From a virus (Duplodnaviria; Heunggongvirae; Uroviricota; Caudoviricetes), in IMG/VR virus record IMGVR_UViG_3300031760_000006, positions 27,127 through 91,126 of that record: 64,000 nucleotides of DNA; one strand, 5' to 3'. Position 1 is the stretch's first letter. Every line of letters starts with the position of its first letter. Shown piece by piece: positions 1 through 11,128 of this stretch. A program made the translations under genes and the position numbers. The notes under the pieces are model-generated. The model was not told where the DNA came from. It ran no database searches and saw nothing but the letters and a program-made list of their open reading frames with translations.

Positions 1-3000
1 AGTGGATTAACTACTATTTTAGAATTGATTAATAATATTGCTTCTGCTATTGGTGGGTTACCAGTATTATTAGCTGGTTTATTTAGTGGAAGAGTCGCTC
101 TTGATAATATAAAAAATGGAACTAAGGGAAAATTAAGAGATTTCTTAGGGTTAAAAGATGATACAATTACAGAAGATTCTTCCTCATCTACAAAAACCGA
201 TATTCCAAACGCAGGTTCAAATAAACCAACTTCTGCTAATGTATCTGATGAAATTAATAATGAAACAGATTCAATAATAGAAGAAAATAATGCTATTGTT
301 GAACAAAATGAGGAACTTCAAAAAAATAAAGAACTTAAAGAAGAAAATACAAATCTTATAGATGAAAATCAACAAATAGATGAGCATAAAAGGTCACTAG
401 AATCGGAAGAAGAGTTATATTTTCAAAATGAGTCTAAACCAAGAGGATCAAGACCTGAAACAAAAATTGAAGATTTACAAAAAGAAAGGCAACAAAAATT
501 AAAAGATAAACAAGAAAAAGCTTATCAAAAGAAAAAACAACAAAATGATATTGAATCAACAAAAGCTCAAAAAGAAGTAGAAAATAATATTACAAAAGAA
601 GCTCGAGTTCGACAAGAAGATTATATAAGTGGCTATGTAAATGAGGTTGAAGAAAATACTCTAGATTTATATGACGATTTATATGCTGAAAGTCAAGAAG
701 AACTGGAAAAGAATTTAGAAAGAACTCCAGATTATCATAATCAAGCTGATTTAGAATCTTGGAAAAATAATCGAAAAGCCGAAGCTGAAGCTATGGATGA
801 GGCATTTTTAAGTCGGTATGATGATAATTTTGACACTTATATGGAAAACTTGCCTGACCCAAAAGAATCAGAAAATCGAACAAATGCTTTAAAACAAGCT
901 GACGAAGCTAGAAACAGAATCAAAACAGAAACTGAAGCTCAATTAGACGATTATTTAGGGTCATATATTGATGAAGCGGAAGAAACTACGCTTGATTTAT
1001 ATGATGAATTGTATTCAGAGCCGCCTATAGAACGTAAATCTGGGGAAAAGGCTCTTGCAGATGCTGAAGCCAAAGGTAGGCAACGTGCATATATGCAACC
1101 TTATACGAAACCAGATATAATACCAGAAGTCCCGGTTGCTAATGTGGGAGAAGAAGTGGTTGAGAATACAACTGCAATTGTAGAAGGTTTGGAAAATGTT
1201 GGTGAAGTGGCTACGGAGGCACAAGTTCCTGTTCAAGGATTCTTTTCTGGTCTTTCAGAAGGTGTTTCAAGTATTGGTGGTAATTTATTAGGAAAATTAG
1301 GTTCTTTTGCATCAACTATTGGTTCTATGATTCCTCAAATAGCTGCAATGATGATTGCTACTACTATAATTTCTAAAATAACACAAGCAATTTCTGATTG
1401 GGTGCGTGAAGAGGAACTTACTGTTCAAGCAGGTGAAGAAGCACAACAAAATATTAAAGAATCTGTTTCTTCTTATGAACAACTTAATTCTTCTCTTCAA
1501 AATTTAGGACAAACCTATTCAGATAACGATACCAAAATCTCTTCTTCTTCTGATGCCATTTCTTCACTTGCGGAGAAATATACTGAATTAAAAGAAGGAG
1601 TAAATTCAGTAACAAATGAGAATATAAGCTTATCTGATAGTGATTATCAAGCTTATCTTGATATTTCAAATCAGTTGGCTCAAGCCATGCCCTCTCTTCA
1701 ATCTGGAACAGATAGTGCTGGGAATGCTATTCTTAATCTTGGAAACAATGCTTCTGATGCTAAAAATAAGTTACAAGAGTTATATAATGTTCAACAACAA
1801 ATAACTCATGGTGACATATCTCAAAACCTTCAAGATGTTTACAAAGGTATGGTAACTGAGATTACAGGTCGTAAAAATGGTATAGATAAACAAATAAAAG
1901 ACCTTGAGCAAGCTAACAAAAAAATTACAAATAGTCAGAAGAATTTTGATCAGCAATTACCAAGTTCTGGAAAAGGTACTTTTAATTTTGGAGAAGAAGC
2001 TAATAAATCATTAGCAAACAATCTTAGCAAGATAATTGATAATGGTTTAGATCAAGCAAAAAATACTAACAAAGCTTGGGATTATTTTGTAAAAGACAAT
2101 GCTTTGTTATATGATTCAAATTATAAGCAAATTAGTATTAATTTCAAGGCATTAGAAGATTATTTAGGCAATGATCAACAAGCGTTAAAAATCCTTAGAG
2201 ACAATATTAATGCAGAATTTGCGAAATATACAGAGAAGAGTAACACAGAACTTCAAAACAACAACAATAAAATTGCCGCTTTAACAGCTCAACGAGAGGC
2301 TCAATGGAAGGAAATCGTTCCTACCGTTCAATCTTTCTTAAAAACAGAATCTAATTTCTCAGGTCTTGACAGCACTCTTCAAGAGGGGATATTAAATAAT
2401 CTTGGAAACATGAATGTCGATTCTGTTATGAACAAAGTTCGAGATTCATATGGTGGAGATTTAGAATTTTATCTTTATGGAGAATTCATTTCTCCTTTAC
2501 AAAAGACTTCTAAAGAACAGCAAAAAGCTTTGTCTGATTTGTTAACTTTAGATACCAGTAAGCTGAATTTCAATCAATATTCTCAGTCTGTTTCTGACGC
2601 ATTACAAAAAGCATTTCCAAATGAAGAGAAATTGCAAAATGAATGGCGTTCTAAACTGGGTATTGATTCAATGCTTCAGCAATATAATACTCAAATACAA
2701 GCTTTAAGTACAAGAGTATCTGGTTTAGCAAGAGAAGATTTGCTCCAATTATCTCAAGAAGAACTTAATTTAGCAGTTCAAATGACTCTTGAAGACGGGC
2801 CGTTTAATGGAACTTTAGCAGAATTAAGAACAAAAATTGAAGAGTTTAAACAAACTGCCCAAGAACCTGTCCCGGTAACGATTCAAGAATATATTCAACA
2901 AGAGGATTCAGGTTTTCAAAAAATTCAAAAAGCAACAGAAAGTGCTAATGCAGGAGCTACTTACGATTCGTTTGTTCAAAATCTTAAAACCGCAAAAGAG

Positions 3001-6000
3001 TTAGTAGAAAGTGGAGATATTGGAACAGATGACTTTAAAGCTATCGCAGAAATGTTTTCTCCTGCTGGTTTAAGTGATTATACGAGTTGGGAAAAGAATC
3101 TTCCAAATATTGAAAAATATTTTACTGAGGGTACTGAGGGCGTTACTAATTTCATGGAGAAACTTGATGAGCTTGGTTATGCTAAATTTGGTGACGATGG
3201 CAGTTTTAGTTTTATGACTGATAAGGCTCACGATTTAGAAACTATAGCTGATGAAATGGGTCTTTCTTATGAGTCCTTCTTATCTCTTTGGGGTAAACTT
3301 GAAGACAAAGGTGTCAATGTTGATTTCTTTGCTACGGCTGAAGAAGGAAAAGAAAAACTTGTTACTTTAAATGGTGAAATACTTCAGGCTCAAATGGAGT
3401 TAAACGAAGCTGAGATTAAGTACGGAAAGAATTCTCAAGCTTACAAAAGCAAAGAAGAAGCTTTAGAGTCTTTGAGAGAAAGATATGAAAATCTTGACGA
3501 AGCTGTTAAAAATTATAACGAATCTGATGCGGAGAAAAAGAAAAAAGACCAGCAAGATAAAATAGATAATGCCAATAAAAAATTGATTGAAGAATCAATC
3601 GATAATTATAACAAGGGCGACAAATACAACGAGTCTTTTGACCCTGAGAAATACAGGACAGATGAAGATTATAAGAAACGGATGGACGCTTATCGTGACC
3701 AGTTAATCAAAGCTGGAAAAGAATACGGTTTTGATAAAATGGGACAAACCATAACTGGTACAATGTCTAAAGATGTAGAAAAAAGCAATAAAGAACAGTT
3801 AGGTGTTTTATTTAAAGATATACAAGAAGGAGTAACTCGTTCTCAAACAAGTACTTGGTTAAATTCGTTAAATGATTATGCTAAAAACCAAGGAAAAACT
3901 TTAGAGGGGTTCTTAAAAGAAAATGGGTATGGTTCAGAAGAATACGCTTCTTTAAAAGATTATATTAATAGTAATGGCTTTCTTTTGGAAGGTGTTACAG
4001 ACCCTATAACAAATGCCGCTCAAAACGCAAGCGATATATTTACGGCAGGAGTTCAATCTGCCGCTCAAGAATTTAGAAACGCTCTTTTAGGAAAAGATTC
4101 CTCTCTCTCTGACAAAGATACAGAAGAAAAGAAAAAACAGCTCCAAAAAGAAAAACAAGATAGAGAAAATAAAAAACCTCATAATGTAGAAACTGATAAA
4201 ACAAAAGAAGATAAGAAAAAGAAAGTGTTTAAAGAGGTTCAAGAAAGTGGAGGAATGCCTAAACTTCCGGGTTCTTTAATAACTAAGACTGGTCGATGGA
4301 ATAAGCAATCTGAAGGAACTAGCATCGACTTATCCAATTTAAAAACTTCTGCAAAAGATGGTGTAAAAGGTTTCGTAAAAACTATAGATTTTTTAGGAAA
4401 ACTTTTCTCAGGTAGCGGACAACCTAATGTTACTATTCCAACAGGAACTTCAACAGAACCTCAATTTGGAGAAAAAACATCTCCTGTTGCAAACATTCCT
4501 GTACAATATGATAAAGAAACCGCAGAAGAAAGTCTTGAAACAGTTAATGAAGAAACTTCTGAATCAGCTGAACCAATACAGGTTTCTGCAAAGGTTGGTA
4601 AAGTTGATCCAGTAAGTATGCAAGAAGTAATTACCTCAACCGCTTCTTCTATGTCACAAGGTATTTCTGCTGGTATAAATATTAAACCTCAAACTACAGG
4701 TAGCGTTCAACATGTTACTCAAGAAGTAGATAGTAGCAATCTTGGTGAAGTAAATGACACAGTTCAAACTGTTCACCAAATAGGTCAACCTGACGAACAA
4801 ATGACCAATCCTGCCGAAGCTACTCAAAATGTAGAGCAAGAAGTTGTTAATCCTATTCCTACTGTATTAGAAGAAGCTACTCAAGTAGTAAATCAAACTG
4901 TTAATAAAGTAGTGGGCAAAAATGAAGACCCAAAAATAAAAGATACCGAAGCTAAAGCGGTTATTACGGGTGATGCATCTAAAGCAGTTGCTGCCGCACA
5001 AAAAGCAACTAGTGCAATAAAAGCTATCCCGCCGAGTCATCATACTTCTATTAGTGCTAGTGCTGGTAGTGCGATTTCTACAGCTAAAGGAGTAGCAGAC
5101 GCTATTGGAAACATTCCGTCTACTAAAGATGTCAATATTCATGTTAAACAAACAGGAGTAAGCCCGGGAAGTGTTGCGTCCAGAATTGGAAAAATAAAAG
5201 GTTCTTATATAGGAACAGCTTTCCAAGGTGGTGGAAAGAGTTTCGTAAAACGAGTATCTGGAAGTGCTTACGCATCAGGTACTGTAGATGAAAATAATTT
5301 TCCAAACACATGGAAGACTCCTATAGCTGGTACATCTTTGGTCGGCGAACTTGGTAGAGAAATTGTCGTAGACACAAATAATAGTCGTTGGTATACCGTT
5401 GGTGATAATGGTGCAGAATTTGCTAGGATTCCAAAAAATGCAATTATTTTCAATAATGACCAAACCGAAGAATTATTGTCTAATGGTTCACTTAGCGGCG
5501 ATTCTAACGCAAGAGGAACTGCTTTTGGTGGCGGTTCAAGTAGTGGAAAAACTCTTTTAAGAAAATCAAGTAGCTCGTCAAGTAGTTCATCAAGTAAATC
5601 AAGTGGTAAAAAGTCAAAGAGTAAATCCTCTGGAAGTTCAAGTAGTAAAAAGTCTTCTAACAAAAACAAAGATTCCAAGAGTGATTCTAAAGCTTCCAAA
5701 CTCAGCAAATACCTAGAGAACATATTCGACTGGGCAGAATACCGCTTAAAGAATCTCTCCACAATCGCCGACAGATATTCCAAACTTGCTGATTCGGCAG
5801 AAGTATGGAGTAAAAAGGTCAGAACAGCAACTAAAGCTATCAATGGTGTAAGAGTTGAATACACTACAGGCGGTGCGGCACAACTTTACAATAAAGCTAT
5901 CCAAGCTGTTAATAAGCAACTTGCTGGTTCTCAAAAAGCGTTAAACGGCTACCAGAGTTTCTATAAGTCGGTTGTTCAAAAGAGCGGATTAGATAAAGCA

Positions 6001-9000
6001 ACTATTAAGAAGATTCAAAGTTTAACTGCTTCTGGAAAATTCAATGTAGAGGCGTTCAAGGCTTCTAAGAGTTCTGGTAAAAAAGGCTCTTCATCTTCTT
6101 CTAAGAACGAAAAATTACAAAACATCGAGAATGTAAGTAAGTGGTATCAGAAAGTACTTGAAACTCAATCTTCCATTGAAGATTTAATGGCACAACGTGC
6201 AGAACTCGCACAAAAGAAACTTGATGCAATTGAAGATATTTATGGTGCCAAGTTATCCGTTTATGAAAACACGATGAAACGTGACCAAGCTAAGATGGAA
6301 TACATCCTCAACACATCAGGAACAACAAGTAAGTATTTTAATGCTGGCAAGTCTGTTGTCAAATCAGGTAAGCAAACAATTGATGCTTCAAGAGAAGAAT
6401 ATAAAATCTACGAAAGACAATTTAATAAACAGGTAAAGAACGGTACGTTAAAGAAAGGTACAAAAGCATATAACACCAATCTAGCTAAACTTCGTGAACT
6501 TGAAAGTAAAATTTATGAAGCTTCTTTAGACCTTCAAGAGCAAATTGCAAAAACTTTCGAAAATATTGCAGACCACTTTGAAGAACTTAGAGATAGAAAT
6601 GACGAAAAACTTGAGGTTAACGAGGGCAATATTGACATTGTGAAACGTAATCAAGCTGGTTATACCTCTGGTCAATTAAGAAATCTTTATAATGAACGTA
6701 ATAATCTGCAATACAATAATATGCAACTCGCCGCACAGGAACTTGCCGCCCAAAGAGCAAATAAAAATGCATTAATCTCTTCTAATCCTAAAGATGTAAC
6801 TGCTATTAAAGCTGCGGACAGGGCAATTGAAGAAGCTAATAATAAATATGCTCAAGCGGTAACAGATTACAAACAATATCTCTATGACCACAGAGATGAA
6901 CTTGTAGAGAACATTGAAAACTATTACGATTCACTTGAGGACTACTTCTCTTCTATTCAAGATGCTGTTGATACGCAGATTGACTTGAAGAAAGCGAAAG
7001 GTAAAGTAGTTACTGTTGGGGATTATAATAGTTCTGTCAGAGCGGCAGAAGAAGCTACCAAGATAACCAGACAGAGATTTGAAGCTGTTTATAACGAATA
7101 CAAAGACCAAATTAAAAAAGGTTATTTAACAATCGGTAGCGAAAAGTATTATCAAGCGTTGGCAAAGGTTAACAGCCTGCAAAACGACATGGTAAAAGCC
7201 GAAGAAGCTCGTTTGGAAGTTTATAATAAAATTAGCCAGTTAAAGATTGATAATCTCCAAAATGTTATTGACGGTTTTGAAAGCCTTAACGATACTTTGA
7301 GCAACTTTGCTGATTTGCTCAACGACATGGGCAATAAAAAGCAAGTTCTTGGCAAAGTTGACGAATCTTATCTTCGTACTCAAATGGGTCTTTCAGAGCA
7401 AACCATCTATGGTTATGATGCACAAAAGACCGAGATTCTCAAACAAATGAAAGGTGTTGAGAAGTATTCAGACCGTTGGAATGAATTAAATGGTCAGCTT
7501 CAAGATGCTAATTCCAATATCATTAAAGCCGCTCAAAGCATGGAGGAATTTGCTGATGCGATTCGTGAAGTTCGTTGGGATAAATTCAACAAAGGTATTG
7601 AAGCAATTGACTATACTAAAACAGAATTGTCTGACTTAGTAGATATTCTTAATGAGGATAATTTTATCGCTAAGAATGGTGCTTTTACTGCGGAAGGATT
7701 AGCCGCAATTGCTCTTCAAGGACAAGCGATTAAGCAAAATGTCGAAGAGGTTGAGGCTCACAGAGTGGCTTTGAGAAAGCTCAAAGAAGAATATGATAAC
7801 AATGTTATCAGCTTAGATGAGTATACTGACCAAAGCCGTGAGCATATGGACGCTATCCGTGATGGGGTATCTGCTTATCAGGATTTGAGAGATTCTATTG
7901 TTGATTTGTATCTTGAAGCTCTTGAGAAAGAGAACGAGTTACTGCAAGAAAATATAGACAAACGGCAAGAGAACCTCCAGAAAACCAAGGATTACTATTC
8001 TTACCAGAAGACAATTAGAAACGATACAAGAGACATTCAATATCTTCAGTCCCAGATTGCCGCCCTTTCAGGAACTGAAGGAAACACGAATGCCCAGAGC
8101 AAGTTAGCTTCTCTCCGCTCTCAACTCGCAGATGCTACAGAGCAATATAATGATGACAAGCAAAATCACTACTTTGATTTGATGTCAAATGGCTACAACA
8201 AACTTGTTGACGATGCTAACAAATCGCTGGATGATATTGAAGATGCTGTAAGACGTTCTACAGAAAAGCAAACTGAAATTATTCGTGATATGCTTGGTGT
8301 TGCGGGCAATGAGTATAAAAATGTTTATGCTACAATAAATGGCATTCTTAATGAGAACGGAATAATCTTATCTAATATCACTCAGAAATCTATTACTGAT
8401 TTTGGTACTGAAAAAGAATCTATTACAAATATTGGCCTTACTTACTCTACCATGACCGCACAAATGAAGACAGATTCTGAAGCCATAACAGGTGCGAAAG
8501 GTATCTTGACAACAGCTATCAATAAACTTGGTATGATTGGTGGCGAAAATGGCAAACTCAATGAGATTGTTAAAAAGGCTGGAGAAGTAAAAACTGGTTT
8601 TACAAATATCGGAACAGAGATAGAAAACATTACTAAAAAGTTTAACGAGGCTTCTACTTCTATTGTCAAAACAGCAAGCGAGTCATTAGCTCAAATCAAG
8701 AAACTTACTGATGAAGTAAACGCAAAAGTTACTGGTGCAAGCAATACAGGAAATAAAAAGACAACCCCAGCTGGTGCCGAAACTAAACAAACAAGTAGTT
8801 CATTAAAAGGAAAAGATACATCCAGTAAAAATATTAAAGATGCTACAACAGTTGCTGCAACGGGTAAAAATGCAAAAAATACTACGGCTAAAAAAACTAC
8901 TGCTAAAAAAACCACTGCTAAAAAGACATATACAACATCAGAAGCTAAAGAATATGCAATAGCATATATTATGCAGAATTCTAAAAAGACGGCTAAGAGT

Positions 9001-9645
9001 CTTATTAAGAGTGCAAAATACCAGCTTTCTAAAGATATTGCAGCCATAAATGGTGATAAAACATTGTCTAATAAGCAAGTTGAGTATCTTGTGAATCAGG
9101 TCAATAAAATGCTCGGAAAGAGCGGAAAAGATGCTATCACCAGTGCTAAATTATTTGCTATGATTAAAGACAACTTAAAGAAAGCTATTGCTGGAAAAGG
9201 ATTTACAGTAAGTGGCACTAGTGTAATCAAACCTAAAGCTTACGCAAAAGGTAGCGAAGATATTAATGAGAAACAGCTTGCCATTACCAATGAGTCAGGA
9301 TGGGAGGCTATTTACCGTAAATCTGACGGTGCTATTTTAACTCCGCTTAATATTGGAGATAAAGTATTCACCAATGAGATGAGCGAAAATCTTTGGAAAC
9401 TGGCTCAAGGCAACACACTTGGAGCAGATATGGTAAGTAAAGCAGCTTCACCTGTTGTTACCAATGTAGAAACCTACAAACCGAATATCACTGTTAGTTT
9501 CGAAAACTTCATGACTGTACAAGGCAACGTAGACAGAGACGTTGTTGGCGACCTAAAGGATTTGAAGAACGAATGGATGACAGACTTCTCCAAGCATTTA
9601 ACCAAAGAGTTTGGTTTACTTGGTAATAAACGGCGTTTTAGCTAG
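1..9645 (+). CDS. Tail tape measure protein, 5'-truncated by the window edge
   Basis: Frame is open from base 1 (agt gga tta act act att tta gaa ttg), so the gene starts upstream of the window. >3200 aa, mostly coiled-coil, with TMP-type motifs (AYASGT..SLVGELGREIVV, AYAKGS..ESGWEAIYR), directly upstream of the Dit-like gene. Confidence 0.9.
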   Translation, partial: SGLTTILELINNIASAIGGLPVLLAGLFSGRVALDNIKNGTKGKLRDFLGLKDDTITEDSSSSTKTDIPNAGSNKPTSANVSDEINNETDSIIEENNAIVEQNEELQKNKELKEENTNLIDENQQIDEHKRSLESEEELYFQNESKPRGSRPETKIEDLQKERQQKLKDKQEKAYQKKKQQNDIESTKAQKEVENNITKEARVRQEDYISGYVNEVEENTLDLYDDLYAESQEELEKNLERTPDYHNQADLESWKNNRKAEAEAMDEAFLSRYDDNFDTYMENLPDPKESENRTNALKQADEARNRIKTETEAQLDDYLGSYIDEAEETTLDLYDELYSEPPIERKSGEKALADAEAKGRQRAYMQPYTKPDIIPEVPVANVGEEVVENTTAIVEGLENVGEVATEAQVPVQGFFSGLSEGVSSIGGNLLGKLGSFASTIGSMIPQIAAMMIATTIISKITQAISDWVREEELTVQAGEEAQQNIKESVSSYEQLNSSLQNLGQTYSDNDTKISSSSDAISSLAEKYTELKEGVNSVTNENISLSDSDYQAYLDISNQLAQAMPSLQSGTDSAGNAILNLGNNASDAKNKLQELYNVQQQITHGDISQNLQDVYKGMVTEITGRKNGIDKQIKDLEQANKKITNSQKNFDQQLPSSGKGTFNFGEEANKSLANNLSKIIDNGLDQAKNTNKAWDYFVKDNALLYDSNYKQISINFKALEDYLGNDQQALKILRDNINAEFAKYTEKSNTELQNNNNKIAALTAQREAQWKEIVPTVQSFLKTESNFSGLDSTLQEGILNNLGNMNVDSVMNKVRDSYGGDLEFYLYGEFISPLQKTSKEQQKALSDLLTLDTSKLNFNQYSQSVSDALQKAFPNEEKLQNEWRSKLGIDSMLQQYNTQIQALSTRVSGLAREDLLQLSQEELNLAVQMTLEDGPFNGTLAELRTKIEEFKQTAQEPVPVTIQEYIQQEDSGFQKIQKATESANAGATYDSFVQNLKTAKELVESGDIGTDDFKAIAEMFSPAGLSDYTSWEKNLPNIEKYFTEGTEGVTNFMEKLDELGYAKFGDDGSFSFMTDKAHDLETIADEMGLSYESFLSLWGKLEDKGVNVDFFATAEEGKEKLVTLNGEILQAQMELNEAEIKYGKNSQAYKSKEEALESLRERYENLDEAVKNYNESDAEKKKKDQQDKIDNANKKLIEESIDNYNKGDKYNESFDPEKYRTDEDYKKRMDAYRDQLIKAGKEYGFDKMGQTITGTMSKDVEKSNKEQLGVLFKDIQEGVTRSQTSTWLNSLNDYAKNQGKTLEGFLKENGYGSEEYASLKDYINSNGFLLEGVTDPITNAAQNASDIFTAGVQSAAQEFRNALLGKDSSLSDKDTEEKKKQLQKEKQDRENKKPHNVETDKTKEDKKKKVFKEVQESGGMPKLPGSLITKTGRWNKQSEGTSIDLSNLKTSAKDGVKGFVKTIDFLGKLFSGSGQPNVTIPTGTSTEPQFGEKTSPVANIPVQYDKETAEESLETVNEETSESAEPIQVSAKVGKVDPVSMQEVITSTASSMSQGISAGINIKPQTTGSVQHVTQEVDSSNLGEVNDTVQTVHQIGQPDEQMTNPAEATQNVEQEVVNPIPTVLEEATQVVNQTVNKVVGKNEDPKIKDTEAKAVITGDASKAVAAAQKATSAIKAIPPSHHTSISASAGSAISTAKGVADAIGNIPSTKDVNIHVKQTGVSPGSVASRIGKIKGSYIGTAFQGGGKSFVKRVSGSAYASGTVDENNFPNTWKTPIAGTSLVGELGREIVVDTNNSRWYTVGDNGAEFARIPKNAIIFNNDQTEELLSNGSLSGDSNARGTAFGGGSSSGKTLLRKSSSSSSSSSSKSSGKKSKSKSSGSSSSKKSSNKNKDSKSDSKASKLSKYLENIFDWAEYRLKNLSTIADRYSKLADSAEVWSKKVRTATKAINGVRVEYTTGGAAQLYNKAIQAVNKQLAGSQKALNGYQSFYKSVVQKSGLDKATIKKIQSLTASGKFNVEAFKASKSSGKKGSSSSSKNEKLQNIENVSKWYQKVLETQSSIEDLMAQRAELAQKKLDAIEDIYGAKLSVYENTMKRDQAKMEYILNTSGTTSKYFNAGKSVVKSGKQTIDASREEYKIYERQFNKQVKNGTLKKGTKAYNTNLAKLRELESKIYEASLDLQEQIAKTFENIADHFEELRDRNDEKLEVNEGNIDIVKRNQAGYTSGQLRNLYNERNNLQYNNMQLAAQELAAQRANKNALISSNPKDVTAIKAADRAIEEANNKYAQAVTDYKQYLYDHRDELVENIENYYDSLEDYFSSIQDAVDTQIDLKKAKGKVVTVGDYNSSVRAAEEATKITRQRFEAVYNEYKDQIKKGYLTIGSEKYYQALAKVNSLQNDMVKAEEARLEVYNKISQLKIDNLQNVIDGFESLNDTLSNFADLLNDMGNKKQVLGKVDESYLRTQMGLSEQTIYGYDAQKTEILKQMKGVEKYSDRWNELNGQLQDANSNIIKAAQSMEEFADAIREVRWDKFNKGIEAIDYTKTELSDLVDILNEDNFIAKNGAFTAEGLAAIALQGQAIKQNVEEVEAHRVALRKLKEEYDNNVISLDEYTDQSREHMDAIRDGVSAYQDLRDSIVDLYLEALEKENELLQENIDKRQENLQKTKDYYSYQKTIRNDTRDIQYLQSQIAALSGTEGNTNAQSKLASLRSQLADATEQYNDDKQNHYFDLMSNGYNKLVDDANKSLDDIEDAVRRSTEKQTEIIRDMLGVAGNEYKNVYATINGILNENGIILSNITQKSITDFGTEKESITNIGLTYSTMTAQMKTDSEAITGAKGILTTAINKLGMIGGENGKLNEIVKKAGEVKTGFTNIGTEIENITKKFNEASTSIVKTASESLAQIKKLTDEVNAKVTGASNTGNKKTTPAGAETKQTSSSLKGKDTSSKNIKDATTVAATGKNAKNTTAKKTTAKKTTAKKTYTTSEAKEYAIAYIMQNSKKTAKSLIKSAKYQLSKDIAAINGDKTLSNKQVEYLVNQVNKMLGKSGKDAITSAKLFAMIKDNLKKAIAGKGFTVSGTSVIKPKAYAKGSEDINEKQLAITNESGWEAIYRKSDGAILTPLNIGDKVFTNEMSENLWKLAQGNTLGADMVSKAASPVVTNVETYKPNITVSFENFMTVQGNVDRDVVGDLKDLKNEWMTDFSKHLTKEFGLLGNKRRFS

Positions 9646-9674
9646 TTATAAAACTAAATTTTAAATATTGATTC

Positions 9675-9710
9675 AAGGAGCTGGATTTAACAAGTTCAGC
9701 TCCTTTCTTA
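9675..9710 (+). terminator. Intrinsic terminator-like hairpin after the TMP gene
   Basis: aaggagctgga / ttcagctcctt stem followed by tctta. Confidence 0.6.
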
Positions 9711-9733
9711 TATAAAGGAAAGAAGGTGGAAAT

Positions 9734-11128
9734 ATGGGACAGTATGGCAAGTATTTTGATTACAACGGAGAATCTTCCGAAAAGTATAATTTAATCACTG
9801 GTGGATATAATGTAGAAGATTATGTATTTGGACTAGAGCGAAATGTAGACCGTTCTGAAATGAATCGTTACAGAAGTTACACTTATACTTATGGTACGGT
9901 TTATGATGATGTATTGACTTTTCCGATTTTGTTTATAAAAGACCCTTGTAAATATACTGAAAGTGAAGATTTACGATTCACAAGGCAAGAAATCCGTGAA
10001 ATCAATGCATGGCTGACTTCTCCGCATTTCCCAAGACTTTTTCATATGCATGACGAAGATGCGGAAGAAGTTGCTTGTCACTGGGACTACGATGAGGAGA
10101 GTCATACTTATACGACTACTATCGTAGCCAAAGGGCGAGGATATGAATATTTGTTTATTACAGAGGCAGACTTTACTGTGCAGAATTTATCCACCGAGGA
10201 AACACATTCTAATCCTACTGAAAGAATATCTGCCTCAGAAAAAGATGAATTATTGATTACTGTTCAGGCAGTTCCTGTAACAGCTTACATAGATACTGGC
10301 GAATTGGATGGAGAAGGTTCGCCAATTAGTGAAGAAGTCACGACTTATCCTATGCCGTCTGTAACAGTTACCGTTGCAGAAAGAGAATATGATTATTTTG
10401 GCGTCTTTACTAATGTTACTCCAAAAGACACGGCAATTTATGCTTTAGAATTTGAATTCCAGTGTGATTCTCCTTTTGCTTATACGCAAGAGAAATCTAT
10501 TACTCTTACAGGACAAGGCGGGACGGTTTATAATCTTGGTGATGAGTATGAGGATTATATTTATCCTACTATTACTGTTGAACCATTAGCGTCTAATTTC
10601 TTCCTTTTACAGCAAAATGATTGGACGGTAAATACTGGCGAAGGTACTCTCAGTACGACAATCTCTGGTGATGGCGGTAGTTATAAGATTCGTATGGAGT
10701 CAGGATACTCTCTTACAATTACTGGTGGCGGTTCTTCGACAACGATTCAAGGCGGTGCTACAGAGTTGTTTACTACTGCCAAGGGAACGAGTTATACGTT
10801 CGCCATTTCATATCACAACGGTATCCCAGAAGATGACTGGAAATACCAAATGTCTATTAAAAGCATCATTAGGCTGATTAATGTTAATGATAGCAATCGT
10901 TATATGGAGTTCGCAGTTCAGAACCGTAACACTCTCACGATTGATTGTAAGCGGAATATATTTAAAGATACCGCCAATTCCTTGATTAGTTTGGACGATT
11001 TGGGATACGGTGATGAAGATTTTATTTATTGGATGAGACTTGCTCATGGTGTTAACAACATAATTATTGAAGGCACTGGTAATGTTACCTTTACTTATAG
11101 AGAGCCTATCAAGGTGGGTGGATACTAA
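9734..11128 (+). CDS. Distal tail protein (Dit)-like, with internal insertions
   Basis: Position after TMP; Dit-like motifs (FDYNGESSEKYNL, EIREINAWLTSP, FQCDSPFAY, MRLAHGVNNI, TYREPIKVGGY). Confidence 0.7.
   Translation: MGQYGKYFDYNGESSEKYNLITGGYNVEDYVFGLERNVDRSEMNRYRSYTYTYGTVYDDVLTFPILFIKDPCKYTESEDLRFTRQEIREINAWLTSPHFPRLFHMHDEDAEEVACHWDYDEESHTYTTTIVAKGRGYEYLFITEADFTVQNLSTEETHSNPTERISASEKDELLITVQAVPVTAYIDTGELDGEGSPISEEVTTYPMPSVTVTVAEREYDYFGVFTNVTPKDTAIYALEFEFQCDSPFAYTQEKSITLTGQGGTVYNLGDEYEDYIYPTITVEPLASNFFLLQQNDWTVNTGEGTLSTTISGDGGSYKIRMESGYSLTITGGGSSTTIQGGATELFTTAKGTSYTFAISYHNGIPEDDWKYQMSIKSIIRLINVNDSNRYMEFAVQNRNTLTIDCKRNIFKDTANSLISLDDLGYGDEDFIYWMRLAHGVNNIIIEGTGNVTFTYREPIKVGGY

Noticed and set aside
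4427-9047. Alternative-frame and antisense ORFs within TMP (e.g. 5268-5864, 8691-9047) and similar short ORFs across the window
   Set aside because: Shadows of low-complexity coding sequence, with no RBS or protein-like motifs.
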